DNA of 64,000 nt from the NCBI RefSeq assembly GCF_009914755.1, contig NC_060934.1, one strand, 5' to 3'. Source of the DNA: the human T2T-CHM13v2.0 reference genome, Homo sapiens. A program made the translations under genes and the position numbers. Every line of letters starts with the position of its first letter. The first letter of the stretch is position 1. This document shows, piece after piece, positions 12,342 through 33,334 of this stretch. Under the pieces are notes generated by a model. That model was not told the origin of the DNA, searched no databases, and was given only the letters and a program-made list of their open reading frames with translations.

Positions 12342-12809
12342 AATGCAAGCGTATTTTCTAGGTTGTTTGTAGGTATTTACCCTTATATCTGCCCACTGGA
12401 TATTATCCTGTTCTCTTTTACCTTTTTTTCGATTCAGTATTTATCAAAGCTAGAAAGGATGACGTAACTTGTTTTCTTGTCCAGCCATATCATTTAAAGG
12501 GAAAGGAATTTAAAATAAATCTTTTAGTTTGGAAAACTTCAAACATACAGAAAAGTAGAATAGTACAGTGAACAAACACCCAGCTACATCAACTAATGGC
12601 TATTCTTGTTTCATCCCTAACTGAATTATTTTGGAGCAAATTCCAGACACCATATTTAGTATTGAATCTTGGTTGTATCCTTTTGTATGGCACCATCTTC
12701 CTTTTCCCACCTCGCATCCCCATCAAGTGGTTCATAAGTTTAAAGAAATAAATAAGACATTTAAATATGGAGAAGTTTTTGCTTCTGTTTTGTTTACTTG
12801 TAATGTTTC

Positions 12810-12980
12810 TTAAAAGCTACCATATGTTGAGCATTTACTGTGTGACAGACAAGAGACCTTTGATGTTGTTAACATCTGTTTTACAGGCGGGGAAACAGAT
12901 TTAGGGAGATTACAGATTTGATTCGTAATCACTCAGCTAAAATGTGGTAGACCTGGGATTGGAAATCAAAATTTTATGCT
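12810..12980 (-). mobile_element. MIR
   Basis: ttttacaggcggggaaacaga core, antisense. Confidence 0.65.
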
Positions 12981-12987
12981 CTTTAAC

Positions 12988-13272
12988 CTACCTACCTTCC
13001 CACCCTCCCTCCCTCCCTTCCTTCCCCCCTCCCTCCCTTCCTTCCCTCCCTCCCTCCCCTCCTGTACCCCCACACACCCCAAGACAGGGGTCACTGTGTC
13101 ACCCAGGCTTGGAGTGCAGTGGCATGATCCTAACTCAGTGCAGCCTCCGACTCCTGGACTCAACTGATCCTCCTGCCTTAGCCTCCCTAGTAGCTGGGAC
13201 TATGGGTATACTCCATGGTGCCTGGCTAATATTTTTATTTTTTGTAAAGACGGGGTCTTGCTTTGTTACCCA
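12988..13272 (-). repeat. (CCCT)n/(CCTT)n tract followed by a partial AluJ
   Basis: Polypyrimidine repeat 12988-13062, Alu right arm 13082-13272. Confidence 0.85.
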
Positions 13273-14357
13273 GTTTTCTTCAATCTTCAGCATTATGCAT
13301 ATGCCCTTCTTTTAGAATTTCCATTAAGTTGCCCGTCTTTGTTTCTAATTACTGATTGCTTATGTGCTTTATGTTACATTAAGGTATTTTGGTTTCTCTA
13401 CCCATAATCTTACCATAAACAGGAGTTTATTCTATTCATTTTCTGTTCTCTGGCTTTGACTAGAATACCTTGCCTCCTTCTCTTCAGCTGTCACAGTCCT
13501 ATTTGTGTTTCCTTTTTTCTTTTTGATTTTTTAGTTTTGTTAGCTAAATGAGTTTCTGAGCTGAATGTTTCCACTGGCTTAATTTTCCTTCTTATCTTGT
13601 TCAACTGGCCATTCTTCACCATTAACTGAGATTGGAGCGTAGGCTTAGGAGAGGGAAAGGCAGCAGAGGGTATCTGAGTGATACTGATTCTACGCCTACA
13701 GAGTCTTCTGTGTAGACCAGCCTAATTCATAGGAGTTTGTAACAAAGGCCTTTTAACAGTGTAGCTGCTTGGCCTTTTCTTCTATTGATATTCTTCCCAG
13801 AGACCTCAAGGAAGTGTGGGGTGGTGGTGGAGGGGCAAACAGGTTAAAGCAGATTGAGGTCAGGATTCAGGACTCCTGAATCTAGCCAAATGCCTTTTCT
13901 TCACTTCCAACCTTCTGTGACTTAAATTTAGTTTAGCTGGCAATATTTTAAATTGTGTGACAGAAAAGGAAGTTGCTGAGTAGTGTGTAATTACTGAGAA
14001 GGAGAAGAAGAAATTGGATAAATTTAAAAAATGAATAAAAGCTTAAAAATCAACTTAAAAAAAGATGATAACTCATACATCATTGGTCTTAGACAAAATG
14101 ATTACTAGCAGGCACAGGAAGACGTTGTGACAAAGGTAATAAGGAGAAATTCCCATCAAAATAAAATGTGAAGGTTCTTGCCTTCAGTAAGAAAAAATGA
14201 GGGGAACGTCGGTGTTTATGAGTATTTCACATTTCAAATGTGGCTCTTTTGTTGCACCATGAATGATATAAACACTAATTTCCTGTGTGTTAGGTTATGT
14301 GAATTTTTATTCATCTAGTAAAGAAGCTGACAAAGTTTGCCTCTTATAAATGGGCTT

Positions 14358-14361
<4 letters not shown>

Positions 14362-14400
<39 letters not shown>

Positions 14401-14679
14401 AGACGGAGTCTCGCTGTCGCCCAGGTTGGAGTGCAGTGGCGTGATCTTGGCTCACTGCAGGCTCTGCCCCCCGGGGTTCATGCCATTCTCCTGCCTCAGC
14501 CTCCCCAGTAGCTGGGACTACAGGTGCTCGCCACCTCGCCCGGCTAATTTTTTGTATTTTTAGTAGAGACGGGGTGTCACCGTGTTAGCCAGGATGATGT
14601 CGATCTCCTGACCTCGTGATCTACCCGCCTCGGCCTCCCAAAGTGCTGGGATTACAGGTGTGAGCCACCGCACCCGGCC
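14362..14679 (-). mobile_element. AluY, Ye-lineage (AluYe5-like)
   Basis: Diagnostic GGGCGAGGTGG, AACCCCGGGGGG, GAGCCTGCAG, GACAGCGAGAC; T38 tail; TSD AAATGGGCTTATC. Confidence 0.85.
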
Positions 14680-14731
14680 AAAATGGGCTTATCTGATTAC
14701 AGTAAAATACTGTAATTATGGGTGAGCATCA

Positions 14732-15465
<734 letters not shown>

Positions 15466-15885
15466 GTACTGGCTTCTTAAAACAAAACAAATCAAAATAA
15501 AGCAAACAGGTATGAGTAAAGTGATAAAGCTATTTCCTTTGTGAGACTTGTATAACCAGTTTTTATTTGCGTATATATTTACTGTGTATAGCTTTTCATT
15601 GTATAGTTTTTATTAAAATAGATTCTGGCATGTTAAAATAAATAGACATATACTGAGAAACCCCCATACATCTACTGAAAACAGTTTCAAAAAGACCCAT
15701 GGCTTATGGCTGCAAATGTACAATCTTATCTAAAAGAGAACCTTCCCTTTGGTCCCCTTCTCCTTAGGAGAAGAACTTCTGCTTAACTTTATGTAACATA
15801 TCCATATCAAAGATTAGTACATTTTATTGGTGAAAGGTAAAGGTATGTAAGTGGATAAATGGAGTAAAGATAGAAAAGAGAAATC

Positions 15886-16165
15886 AGGCTGGGGGCAGTG
15901 GCTCCAGCACTTTGGGAGACCGAGGTGGGAGGATTGCTGGAGCCCAGGAGTTCAAGACCAGCCTGTGCTGCATGGTGAAACCCCGTCTCTACAAAAAATA
16001 CAAAAATTAGTCACATGCGGTATTGCGAGCCTGTTGGTCCCAGCTACCTGGGAGGCTGACATGAGAGGATTGCTGGAGCCTGGGAGGTCAAGCCTGCAGT
16101 GAGCCATGATCATGCCGCAGCACTCCAGTCTGGGTGACTGAGCCAGTCCCTGTCTCAAAAAATGA
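15886..16165 (+). mobile_element. AluJ
   Basis: Alu consensus, sense. Confidence 0.9.
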
Positions 16166-16317
16166 AAAGAGAAGCTAGAATTTTCCACATTAGCTGAGAA
16201 GACTTTTAGGAAGGAGTTACCAGAAGCTATAATAGAAATTTATGTGTGACTTAATTTTTCAAAAAAAAAAAAAAAAGCACACGGTAACAGTCCTGAATGA
16301 GTTATTTGGTCAAGAGT

Positions 16318-16656
16318 ATTTTATTTATTTATTTATTTATTTATTTACTTACTTATTTATTTATTTTTTGAGACAGAGTTTTGCTCTTAATGTTGCCCAG
16401 GCTGGAGTGCAATGGCACGATCTCGGCTCACCGCATCCTCCGCCTCCCAGGTTAAGCAATTCTCCTGCGTCAGACTCCCGAGTAGCTGCGATTACAAGCG
16501 TGTGCCACCACGCCTGGCTAATTTTGTATTTTTAGTAGAGACAGGGTTTCTCCATGTTGGTCAGGCTGTTCTCTTAACTCCCGACCTCAGGTGATCTGCC
16601 TACCTTGGCCTCCCAAAGTGGTGGGATTACAGGCGTGAACCACCCCTCCCAGCCTG
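16318..16656 (-). mobile_element. AluSp/Sq-like with (TTTA)n tail
   Basis: Alu consensus, antisense. Confidence 0.92.
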
Positions 16657-17288
16657 GTCAAAAGTACTAAAACTATTAAAAAGATTGAATTACCTACAAA
16701 CTTTGATCTTTTAAAAGCAAGAGAATGTAAATTAATGGAGAAGAGTGTTCTGTAGTTAACGTAAAAAGAAAGAAACTGACACTGTGGCATGGGCAAGATA
16801 GCAGAGGATTGAAGACCCGGTTTTTGCCTTTTTTCCCCCCTTTTCCTGAGGACTTAAACTTTATTTTGGAAAAAGTGGCAGGTTTGTTTTTGTTAAATGG
16901 TTGAAAAGTGTTTGTATGTTACTTCTCAGATATTACTCAGTATAAATTATTTCTTAAAACCATATGAAGTTGTTTAGGTAAGAATGCTCTTAGTAATTAC
17001 TATACCTAAGTCAGCCTGTATTTTGTCAGATATTTTTTAAGAAATGATCCAGATCAAATCAACTATTTTGAGGAATGTGAATATATATCCAGTTACAACT
17101 AGGAAAGAATGTTAAGAATATAAGCTGTGTTAAGAAACAGGAAAATTCTCTTGTTATATCATGCTGCTGCCAATCTGTAGTTTCTGTGACTCAGGAACAG
17201 AAGTATAAGCAATGACATAGTGATAACTGTTACTGTTATATTTTGATTTTAGATTTTAAAATAACCACACTTTAAAAACCGGATGCTG

Positions 17289-17652
<364 letters not shown>

Positions 17653-17924
17653 TTATTGCATCTGAAGATTATTATACAGGATGTTCAGTTATTTTGTTCA
17701 AAAACACAGGCTAGGATTCTGCCAGGAATATTCTTTCAGGAATGGTTAGCTTTTTTGGATGATAACAGTTTTTCATTCACCTTTCTTCCTCATTTAATAT
17801 ATTTCTATCTTTTCTTTATACTTTTTCCTTGTTTTTGTGCATATAAAATAAATAGATCTATGTTTTTGAAACTATCAAGAAACTGAATTAATTTTTAAAA
17901 ATAAGTGTATATGAGTTGAAAATG

Positions 17925-17973
17925 TTTTTTTTTTTTTTTTTGAGACAGATCCTCTCTGTCACCTGGCTAATTG

Positions 17974-18004
<31 letters not shown>

Positions 18005-18421
18005 GAGACGGAGTCTCCCTCTATAGCCGAGGCTGGAGTGCAGTGGCACAATCTCAGCTTACTGCAACCTCCGTTTCCTGGCTTCAAGTGATTCTCCTGC
18101 CTCAGCCTCCTTAGCAGCTGGGACTTACAGGTGTGCACCACCACACCTGGCTAATTTTTGTATTTTTAGTAGAGACAGGGTTTCACTGTGTTAGCCAGGA
18201 TGGTCTCGATCTCCTGATCTCGTGATCCACCCACCTTGGCTTCCCAAAATGCTGGGATTACAGGCGTGAGCCACTGCGTCCGGCCTAATTTTTGTATTTT
18301 TAGTAGAGACAGGGTTTTTGCCATGTCACCCAGGCTGGTCTTGAACTCCTGACCTCAGGTGATTGGCCCGCCTCGGCCTCCCGAAGTGCTGTGATTGCAG
18401 CCGCGAGCCACCACGCCCAGC

Positions 18422-18422
<1 letters not shown>
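17925..18422 (-). mobile_element. Nested Alus: full Alu (17976-18285) inside the linker of an internally deleted Alu
   Basis: Two T tails, one full body and one extra left arm. Confidence 0.85.
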
Positions 18423-21538
<3,116 letters not shown>

Positions 21539-21964
21539 TATATCTATTTTATTCTAGGGAAACAGGCTTCTTCAGAAGCCCATGGAGATAGAGCTCCATG
21601 AAGTAGAAGCAATGGTAGAAGTAGAAGCAATGGTGGTGGTGATAGTTAAGGGAGTGAAATTAACTAGAAGGAGAGTTCCATGATGAAATATAGTCAGTAA
21701 GTCTTTTTTTAGTGACTATTTTGCCTCTATTTTTGTATCATTGTTTATATGACTTCCATAAAACAATTTCATTTTGTTATAATGTGAGTAGCTTTGTCTC
21801 TTCTCATTTTCTCTATTATTTATGAACTTAAAACATTTTAAAACATCTAAACTTTGTTGAAGTTAAACATTGGTTCTCCATTTCTAACAGTTTTAAAGGT
21901 ATGCTTGAATAGTAAATTTGTAATGATAATAGGAATACACTTTATTTTGTTATTGTTGTCACCT

Positions 21965-22259
21965 TTTGTGTTTTTTTGAGGTGGAGTCTCGCTCTGTTGC
22001 CCAGGCTGGAGTGCAGTGGTGTGATCTTGGCTCACCGCACTGCAGCCTCCACCTTCCGGGTTCAAGCGATTCTCCTGCCTCAGTCTCCTGAGAAGCTGGG
22101 ATTATGGGCACGTGCCACCATGCACAGCTAATTTTGTATTTTTAGTAGAGATGGGATTTTGCCACGTTGGCCAGGCTCTTGAACTCCTGACCTCAAGTGA
22201 TCTGCCCGCCTCAGCCTCCCAAGTGCTGGGGTTACACGTGTGAGCCATTGCACCCAGCC
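21965..22259 (-). mobile_element. AluS
   Basis: TSD TGTTGTCACCTTTT. Confidence 0.93.
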
Positions 22260-22331
22260 TGTTGTCACCTTTTAACATCATAAACGGAAGAATAAAAATT
22301 ATTTTCTTTATTCACCTACCAAAATAAGATA

Positions 22332-23228
22332 GTGTTTCAGTTACCTGATGTCACAGTAATGGTGCTTATCAATCACAAAACCTTAGTGATGTATAACTAG
22401 AAGCATTTATTGAACTCAAGAGTTTGAGGTTCAGCTAATCTGGTCTAGGCTTGCTCATGTAGTCAGCTGTGTTGTTGTTGACTAGGCAGCTCTGCTGATT
22501 TTGGCTGGACTTGCTCCATGTCTGGGGTGATTTGGCTGATGTAGGTTGACCTAAGTTGGGATAACTGGGGCAACTAGTCTCTGTTCTACGTTTCTCACCT
22601 TCAGCAGGATAGCTTGGGCCTGTTACCACGTATTTTAGTCTGTTCTCACACTGCTATGAAGAAATACCCAAGACTGGGTAATTTATAAAGAAAAGAGGTT
22701 TAATTGACTCAGTTTGTCATGGCTGGAGTGGCCTTAGGAAACTTAACATTCATGGTAGAAGGTACCTCTTCACAGGGCAGCAGGAGAGAGAATGAATGCA
22801 AGCAGGGAAATGCCAATGCCTATAAAACCATCAGATCTTATAAGACTCCCCCATTATTACGAGAACAGCATGGGGGAAGCTGCCTCCATGATTCGATTAC
22901 CTCTATCTGGTCCCACCCTTGACACGTGGGGATTATGGAGATTACAATTCAAGGTGAGATTCAGGTGGGGACATAGAGCCAAGCCATATCACCCTGGCAT
23001 GACAGAAATACGCAAAGAATTTGGAAATAAGCACCTTTTCAAGCCTCTGCTTGTATAATATCTAATATCTCATTGGCTAAATGAGATAGCTCGTTGACTA
23101 AATGAATATCTTACTGGCTAAATCACATAATTGAGCCTACAGTAATGGTAGGATGATATAAAGTTACCTGGCAAAGGGCCTAGTTACATGGAGCGAAAAA
23201 GAATTGGGGCCATTTACAATCTACATCA
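22332..23228 (-). mobile_element. MLT1-type MaLR LTR with a nested MSTA/THE1-type LTR (22629-22991)
   Basis: agactgggtaatttataaagaaaagaggtttaa...ccatatca MST/THE signature inside an older MLT1. Confidence 0.8.
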
Positions 23229-23249
23229 GAAAGCATCAGTTTTCATTTC

Positions 23250-23539
23250 TTTGTTTGAGATGGAGTCTTGCTCTGTTGCCCAGGCTGGAGTGCAGTGGCG
23301 TGATCTCGGCTCAACCACAGCCTCCGCCTCCTGGGTTCAAGTGATTCTCCTGCCTCAGCCTCCCGAGTAGCTGGGATTATAGGCACCCGCCACCACACCC
23401 AGCTAATTTTTGTATTTTTAGTAGAGATGGGGTTTCACCATGTTGGCCAGGCTGGTCTCGAGCTCCTGACCTCAAGTGATCCGCTGACCTCGGCCTCCCA
23501 AAGTGCTGGGATTACAGGCTTGAGCCACCGTGCCTGGCC
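23250..23539 (-). mobile_element. AluS
   Basis: Alu consensus. Confidence 0.93.
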
Positions 23540-23869
23540 CATTTCTTCATATTCATGTCAGTAGGTATTCTTCAAGCACTTAATAGGTGCTAAGCAGATA
23601 TTTTTCCCATTTAATATGTACAGTCAATTTGAAAAGAGTGATATTCTTTTGTATAGAAACAGACTAGAAAAATAATTCACAGATGTACTAGAATTGGTGA
23701 TGCGAATCTAAGATTTTCTGACTTCAGAGTGTAATTGCATTCATATGATTGTAATCATTTAAATGGTGTCTTTAATTTTCTCCCTAAGTTATTCCCCCAT
23801 TATTTTGGGGAAAAATTATATGTGTGTTTTATCATACCTTTCCTACTGAATATCTTGTTTTAGCCCTCC

Positions 23870-24325
23870 CAGGATCCTTTCTCTCCTCCTCTTATGGCAG
23901 TAGCATCTTGATTTTCTTTTAGGGAGTCACCTTTTCTGCCATTCTTGAGTTCCATATGATTTGGATGAGGCTGACTTACCCCTGGGACTGATGTCTGGCC
24001 ATTGGTCACAGTGAGTGAGTGGTTCAGGGATCCTTCTGAGATTTGGTTGGTGGAGTTCTTGGGAAAGAGATTTCTTTTCTCTAGGGTAGCTAAGCTAATA
24101 GCCTAAAGTGGGAAGCAGCTACCATGGGGGGAGAGCTTGCCTGTGAGTGATGCTATATGCATTTGTGTGAGACATACAGAATGATGGATGAGAATTATTT
24201 CTGTGTACTTGGATCCAGCTGTGCATGCTCTAAAAAAACTTACTCGAGCCGATAATTACCTTTTTTGCTCAAGCCCATTTAAGTTGGGTTTTTATTACCT
24301 GGAACCAAAAGTTTTGACTGACGCT
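23870..24325 (+). mobile_element. Old MLT1 (J/K-like) LTR
   Basis: 3' end ttaagttgggtttttattacctggaaccaaaag. Confidence 0.55.
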
Positions 24326-25689
<1,364 letters not shown>

Positions 25690-26579
25690 AATACTGTTTT
25701 TTCTCTAGAAAGATACCTCCGTAAGGGCAGCAGAAAAGAAATAGCTCACTACGGGTAGACAATGCAAAAAAAAAAAAAGTAAAAAAAATTATCTGGCCTT
25801 ATGGAAATGGGGAAGGTTTGTTTACCTGGGATGATACTGTACTAGAAAGGAATAGTAGGGAACAGTATGGGGGAAGATCTACTTAATTTCAGGAAGTAGA
25901 AAAAATAGACTTAACCACTTCAAGCCATTCTCTTACTCTTTTTTTTAGTGAATTCTTCAGTCACCTGTGAATACTAAGATATTACTATAGATATATATAT
26001 GTATATATATGTGTGTATATAGTACATATTTGAATCTTGCAGAGTTAATTTTAATTGTAGTTATTTCTATCTCACAAGACATTTTAGACAAAGAAATAGT
26101 GTTGTAATTGTTGGTTATGATACTACAACCCACAAACATGATTTAAGTAAGTAGAAGAGTTTAATTAGTGTATTATTGAAATAAAAAGAACAGACATCCA
26201 TTCCCAAAGCCATCCCCTGTACTTTTTTATTACTTGGAAATGTTAAAGTCTTAAATTCCAGTATGCCATTATCCCATGTGTTTTGATAGATGTTAATTTT
26301 ATATGTGGGTTAACAGTTGTGTGAATTGATGCTGCTATAAATTTATCATGTCCAGCTTCAGCTGGACTCTCAGTGCTGGGAATTCCTTTGTGTATTCTTG
26401 GTCGACCCCTGCAGTTTACCACAATGGCTCTTTAGCCTCTATATACTCTTACTTCTCTCTCAGCTGATGATCTTGTCACCTGCAGAACAGTGAAAATTTA
26501 GGCTATTGAAAGTGAATATTCCACAGCATCCTCCCTTTTACCCAGGGCTACTTAGAAAATTTTAGAAAAATACTGCCTA

Positions 26580-26712
26580 AAGCATTGTTTCAAAGTATCG
26601 ATCGCTTGAACAAAACCGCTACCCTAGATGATCTTGGGCAGGGTAGGGGAATCTGTATTTTTAACAAGTGTCTCAAATGATGCTTGGACACACTGAAGTT
26701 TGGAAACCACAG
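26580..26712. mobile_element. MER5-like hAT fragment
   Basis: gaatctgtatttttaacaag...gaagtttggaaaccac. Confidence 0.55.
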
Positions 26713-27889
26713 GCATGTGAATAAGGTTACTTTAACCAGCATGCAAGATTCTCCAAGATATCTGATCCCAGGCTATTGCTTCAGTTTCACCTCTCTCTCT
26801 ATACCCTGCCCAGTCCCTATTCCCTAACCCCTGAAGTCTTCTTACCATAAAATAGCTCACTCTTTTTCTAGTGTATCAGGCTAAAATTGAGTAAGAGGTA
26901 GTGTTCTGTTTGTTGTGATTCAAGTTATTTAAGGAAAAATAAAAACTAAGATGAGAAAGAGGGAGTGTTAATTTTTGGACACAGTTTGGTGTACCCTTAA
27001 TGACTTTAACACAGTGATTTTTAAAAGGTTAAGTGGGAGGAATTGTGCATTTGAGAACCACTGTATTAGAAGTATTAGAGATAGTAAGGACTGTAATTTT
27101 TCTATTTGTGTGAATTGTGATGAGACACTTGAAACGTGACCTTTAACAGGTGAAACATTTTATCTAGTTTTACTTCAAAATGTAATGCTTTCCTTTTTGT
27201 TCAGAGCATGTTACTCTGAGGTTTCTGAAGCACCAGCAAATGGATTAAGTAAAGGTCTGGGGATTTTCGACAGACAAATTGGTAAAAGTTGGAGGTGGCC
27301 AGCAGGCAGAAAAAGAAGACCTTTAGATTGTGAGTATAAAATGTTCATGATCCTTCCAGAACTACAGGGTTACTTACTGACATACTATGTGTGTGACACA
27401 GTTTGCTAGAGAAACAAACCAACCATAAATAATTGTAGGCATAATAAAGGGTGAGACTATCATGAGTTTCCTCACAGTGGTGCTGTGGTCAGAAAGAGAT
27501 ATTCAATATGATTGTCACCATTCTGGCTAGCATTTAGTAATTAGGCTTGTCATTACTTTTGGGGATGATCATAATGTGGAGTGTCATTAGGGAGGGGAAA
27601 ACTTTATGAATGTTTGGATACTTAGGGTTTTTTGTTTTTTTAAAATAACTCTGGGAGTTTCTAATATTGTTTATATTTTGCTATCAGGACCTCACAGATC
27701 CGTACTTTTAACAAGCATGAATGAATTTGTAACTTAGATTCCAGAACCCTGCCTGGCAGATGGCCTGGTGGATAGGGCCATCTGTGTCCATTACACAGAT
27801 ACAAATTATTCTTTCTCTACTGGCTCTCCCTGTCCTTTGCTAAATTTGAGAAAGTAACCTTAAAAAAGTGAGGTTCTTTTCTCAACCAT

Positions 27890-28995
<1,106 letters not shown>

Positions 28996-29091
28996 TATCT
29001 AACAGAAATGGATATAGGTTAGGCAAAAATTGATAAATATTCTAACCATGAATCTAGATCTAATTTTGAAGAAATTGACTGACTTGGGCCA

Positions 29092-29529
29092 TGTGGTGGG
29101 TTGAATTGTGTCCCCCAAAAAGATACAATGAAGTCTTAACCTCCAGTGCCTGTGAATTTTAGCTTATTTATACATAAGGTCTTTGCAGTTAAAATTAAGA
29201 TGAAGTCATACTATATTAGGGTGGCCCCTAATCCAACAAGTGATAACTCCAGAAGAAGGGGGAAATGAGGATACAGACACGGAAGATGGAGGCAGGGATT
29301 AGAGTTACACTGCCACAAGCCAAGGAATGCCAAGGATTGCCAAGGATTGCTGGCAACCACCGGAAGCTAGGAAGAAACAAGGAAGGATTCTTTTCTAGAG
29401 CCTTTGGAGGGAGCATGGCCATGCCAATACCTTGGTTTCTGACTTCTAGCCTCTAGAATCGCAATGTTGTTTTCAGCCAGTTACCCAGTTTGTGGTAGTG
29501 TGTTCCAGCAGTCCTAGAAAGCTAATACA
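29092..29529 (+). mobile_element. MLT1C/D-like LTR
   Basis: TGTGGTGGGTTGAATTGTGTCCCCC...CTAATACA termini. Confidence 0.85.
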
Positions 29530-30288
29530 GACTATATTTGGCACATGCTGAAATTTAATTTTGGGTAAGTCCATCGTTTTGAAATAAAATGCTGACCATA
29601 AGTTTTCCCGGTGGATATCTTCAGAAAATGTGATGTTACTTTGTGGTTGGTTATATTTATGGAACTTTACATTTTAGTCTATAGTTACAGTTTAGCTGAA
29701 CCTGTGTTCCTAGTTGATGGACAGCTAAACATTTCTTAGTGTGTCCTACTCAGCAGTCATGTGTGAAAACTAATAGAAGAAATAAAGTGAAACGCCTACA
29801 GTAAATACATGCCAATATCCTGAGTATAAAAGAAAGAGTATGTTTGGGGCAGTTAGCTGTTGAGGTAAGGACAGTTAGTATTTTGGTGAGTCTAAGCAAA
29901 AAGTTAATAACTTGAACGATATTTCTGGGTTCTAGTTCATTTTCAGCAAACAGAGTTGGATAACACCTTTAAGGTTGGCTGGACTTTGAAAAAAACGTAA
30001 TGAATATTCTTTTGGTTTCTAATTTATAGAAAGTGGGTATCTTCTTGTTCTGTAATTTTGTTCAGAACCTTTGTGGTGTGACAAATTCATTTTTGAGGAA
30101 CCTAAGACTACTGGAAAAACAGATTTAGGAGACCTATGCAAGTACTTTTAAATACATATGCTTTCCCTTCCAGCCCCACTAAAATTCACTAAAATGAAAT
30201 AACAGTAAGTAAAGAAAATGTCATAAGTTCGTAGTGATGAATGCAGTAAGCTTCTTCTAACACTTATAAATATTTTTGACAGTGGTAG

Positions 30289-31749
30289 TGTGAGTGTGGG
30301 AAAACAAAATCTGTTTTTCCTCTGCTCACACCATATTACAATAATCACAATCTTCAACACAGAACAGTTCTGTGACCAAACGTGGGTTTTTTCCCCCACC
30401 AATAAGCAGGCATTCAATTCTGCAGTGGACACTAGGTGAGTCTCTTCTCTTCTCTTTTCTCTTTCTTTTTTTTTGAGACAGGGTGTCTCACTCTGTCACC
30501 CAGGCTGGAGTTCAGTGGCATGATCACAGCTCACTGCATCCTCCACCTCCTGGGTTCAAGTGATTCTCCTGCCTCAGGTGCCTGAGTAGCTGGGGTTACA
30601 GATGTGTGCCATCACACCCGGCTAATTTTTGTATTTTTAGTACAGATGGGGTTTCGCCATGTTGGCCAGGCTGGTCTTGAGTGATCTGCCTACTTTGGCC
30701 TCCCAAAGTGCTGGGATTGCAGGTGTGAGTCACTGCGCCCAACCAAGGTAGGTGTCTTCTAACTCAATTCCAACACTATCTACCTGGAGATACCATCAGA
30801 TCCCACATGTAAGGTCTCCATCTCTAAGACTGACCCTCCTCCTTCAGACAGCAATCTTAAGTCTGGGCTTCTGGAACTTCTTAATGGCTGTCTTCAAGTT
30901 GGGGTTCCCATAACTCCCTCTTTGCATTTGATTACTTTGCTAGAGTAGCCCACAAAACTCAGGGAAGCACTTATTTACAGTTACTGGTTTATTATAAATG
31001 ATATTACAAAGATACAGGTGAAGAGATGCATAGGGCAAGGCATGGAGGAAGGGGCACAGAGCTTTCATGCCCTCCCTGGGCACACTACTCTCCAGGAGCC
31101 TCCACATGTTCAGGTATTTGGAAGCTCTCCAAACCCAGTCCTTTTAAGTTTTTATGGGAGGCTTCGTTACATAGACATGATTTTTTTTTCTTTTCTTTGT
31201 TTTTGAGATAGCGTCTCACTTTGTTGCCCAGGCTGGAGTGCTGTGGCATAACCTTGGCTCACTGCAGCCTCGATCTGAAGCAGTCCTCCCACCTCAGCCT
31301 CCTTTGTAGCTGGGACTATAGGTATGCACCACCATCCTCGGCCAATTTTTCTATTTTTTGAAGAGATGGGGTTTCACCATATTACCCAGGCTGGTCTCAA
31401 ACTCCTGACCTCAGGTGATCCGCCCGCCTCAGCCTCCCAAAGTGCTGGGATTACAGGCATGCATCACCAAGTCCAGCCACGTAGGCATGATTGGTAAACT
31501 ATTGGCCATTGGTGATCAACTTAACCTTCAGCCCTTTTCCCTTCTCCAGAGTTTGGAAGGTGGGTTGCAAGTCTCAACCCTCTAATCCTGTCTTGGTCTT
31601 CCTGGTGGCCAGCTCCTATCCTCAAGCTACCTAGGAATTGCCAGCCCCCGTCAACTCATTGGTGTACAAAAAGACAACACTTTGTAGTCTCTAAGGATTT
31701 TAGGAGTTAAAGAGGGTCCAAGACCAAATATGTATTTCAGAATATCACA
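30289..31749 (-). mobile_element. MER21-family LTR with two Alu insertions (30440-30745, 31180-31478)
   Basis: ttctgtgaccaaa..., tatctacctggagat...cagatccca, ...aatatcaca terminus. Confidence 0.8.
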
Positions 31750-31779
31750 AGTATCTTTTTTAAAGTTTAGTAATATGTT

Positions 31780-32423
<644 letters not shown>

Positions 32424-33334
32424 TGAATTTTCTGATTTTTTCACATTCAGAATTCATTTTCTGGGAATTGATTCTAAAAGTTTGATTGCATTGTTAGTGC
32501 TGTGGAAACGTGAAGTGTGTGGATTGGGATAGCATGATCAGGTTTTTCTGAGGTTGACCTTTTTCAAGAAAGCATAGACTGGTGTTGTGCAGTCTTTAAA
32601 CTGCTTTAAAGGAGTTTAGAAAAGTTGCTCAAATTTTGCCCAAAGGCTTGGTCTTGTATTTACCTTAGGCGTTTGCTAAAATACTTTTTCTCTAGTAAGT
32701 TTAAGTTGATATTTTTGGTTTGATTTAGTATGTTCTACAGAATGCTAGTTGCCTTCTTTCATGATGCTATCTTTTGTCTCTAACCTGCCTATTTTGTCTT
32801 TTGTTTTTGGCACTTTATTCTTTCTGTATCAGTTAGCATTATGTTTACTGAATGTTGGAGGAACTGTTCTGAGCTTGTTGGTAGGAATGTCACTTTGTAT
32901 GTTTACATTCTGATGTGAAACACCTGTCCCTGAGCAGTTATGTTTCTACAGCTAATGATGCCATTAAATATTAACTTGGCAGTAGTTTATGAACCTTATC
33001 GCCTAATTTCTTAAGGTCCAATATCTTAGAAACTCCGGAAGCACATCATAAAATACACAACAGAGATTAAAGGTTATAAGAATAAATGTGCCCAACTAAG
33101 AAGGGACCAATAGGTAGAAGAATGAGGATAGGAAATAATGACACAGAGGACAGTCCAACATTCTGAGAGCCAAGTTGAAAAGGAAGTAGATACTCAAGTA
33201 ATGACTCATAGATGGTAATCCAAAATGTTCTCTGTCAAATAAAGGTGTATTGACTTTCAGTTGATTTTTCAAACAAGGAAAAATCCTTATTTGCTTTGGG
33301 GACAGTCTTTGTTTAGATGGTGTGGTTGGATTGT

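Noticed and set aside
27185-27409. Acceptor at 27204 with a 74-aa ORF as a possible LCOR exon
   Set aside because: Weak donors and no similarity to the expected next LCORL-like segment (FESILEGL); that exon is not in this window
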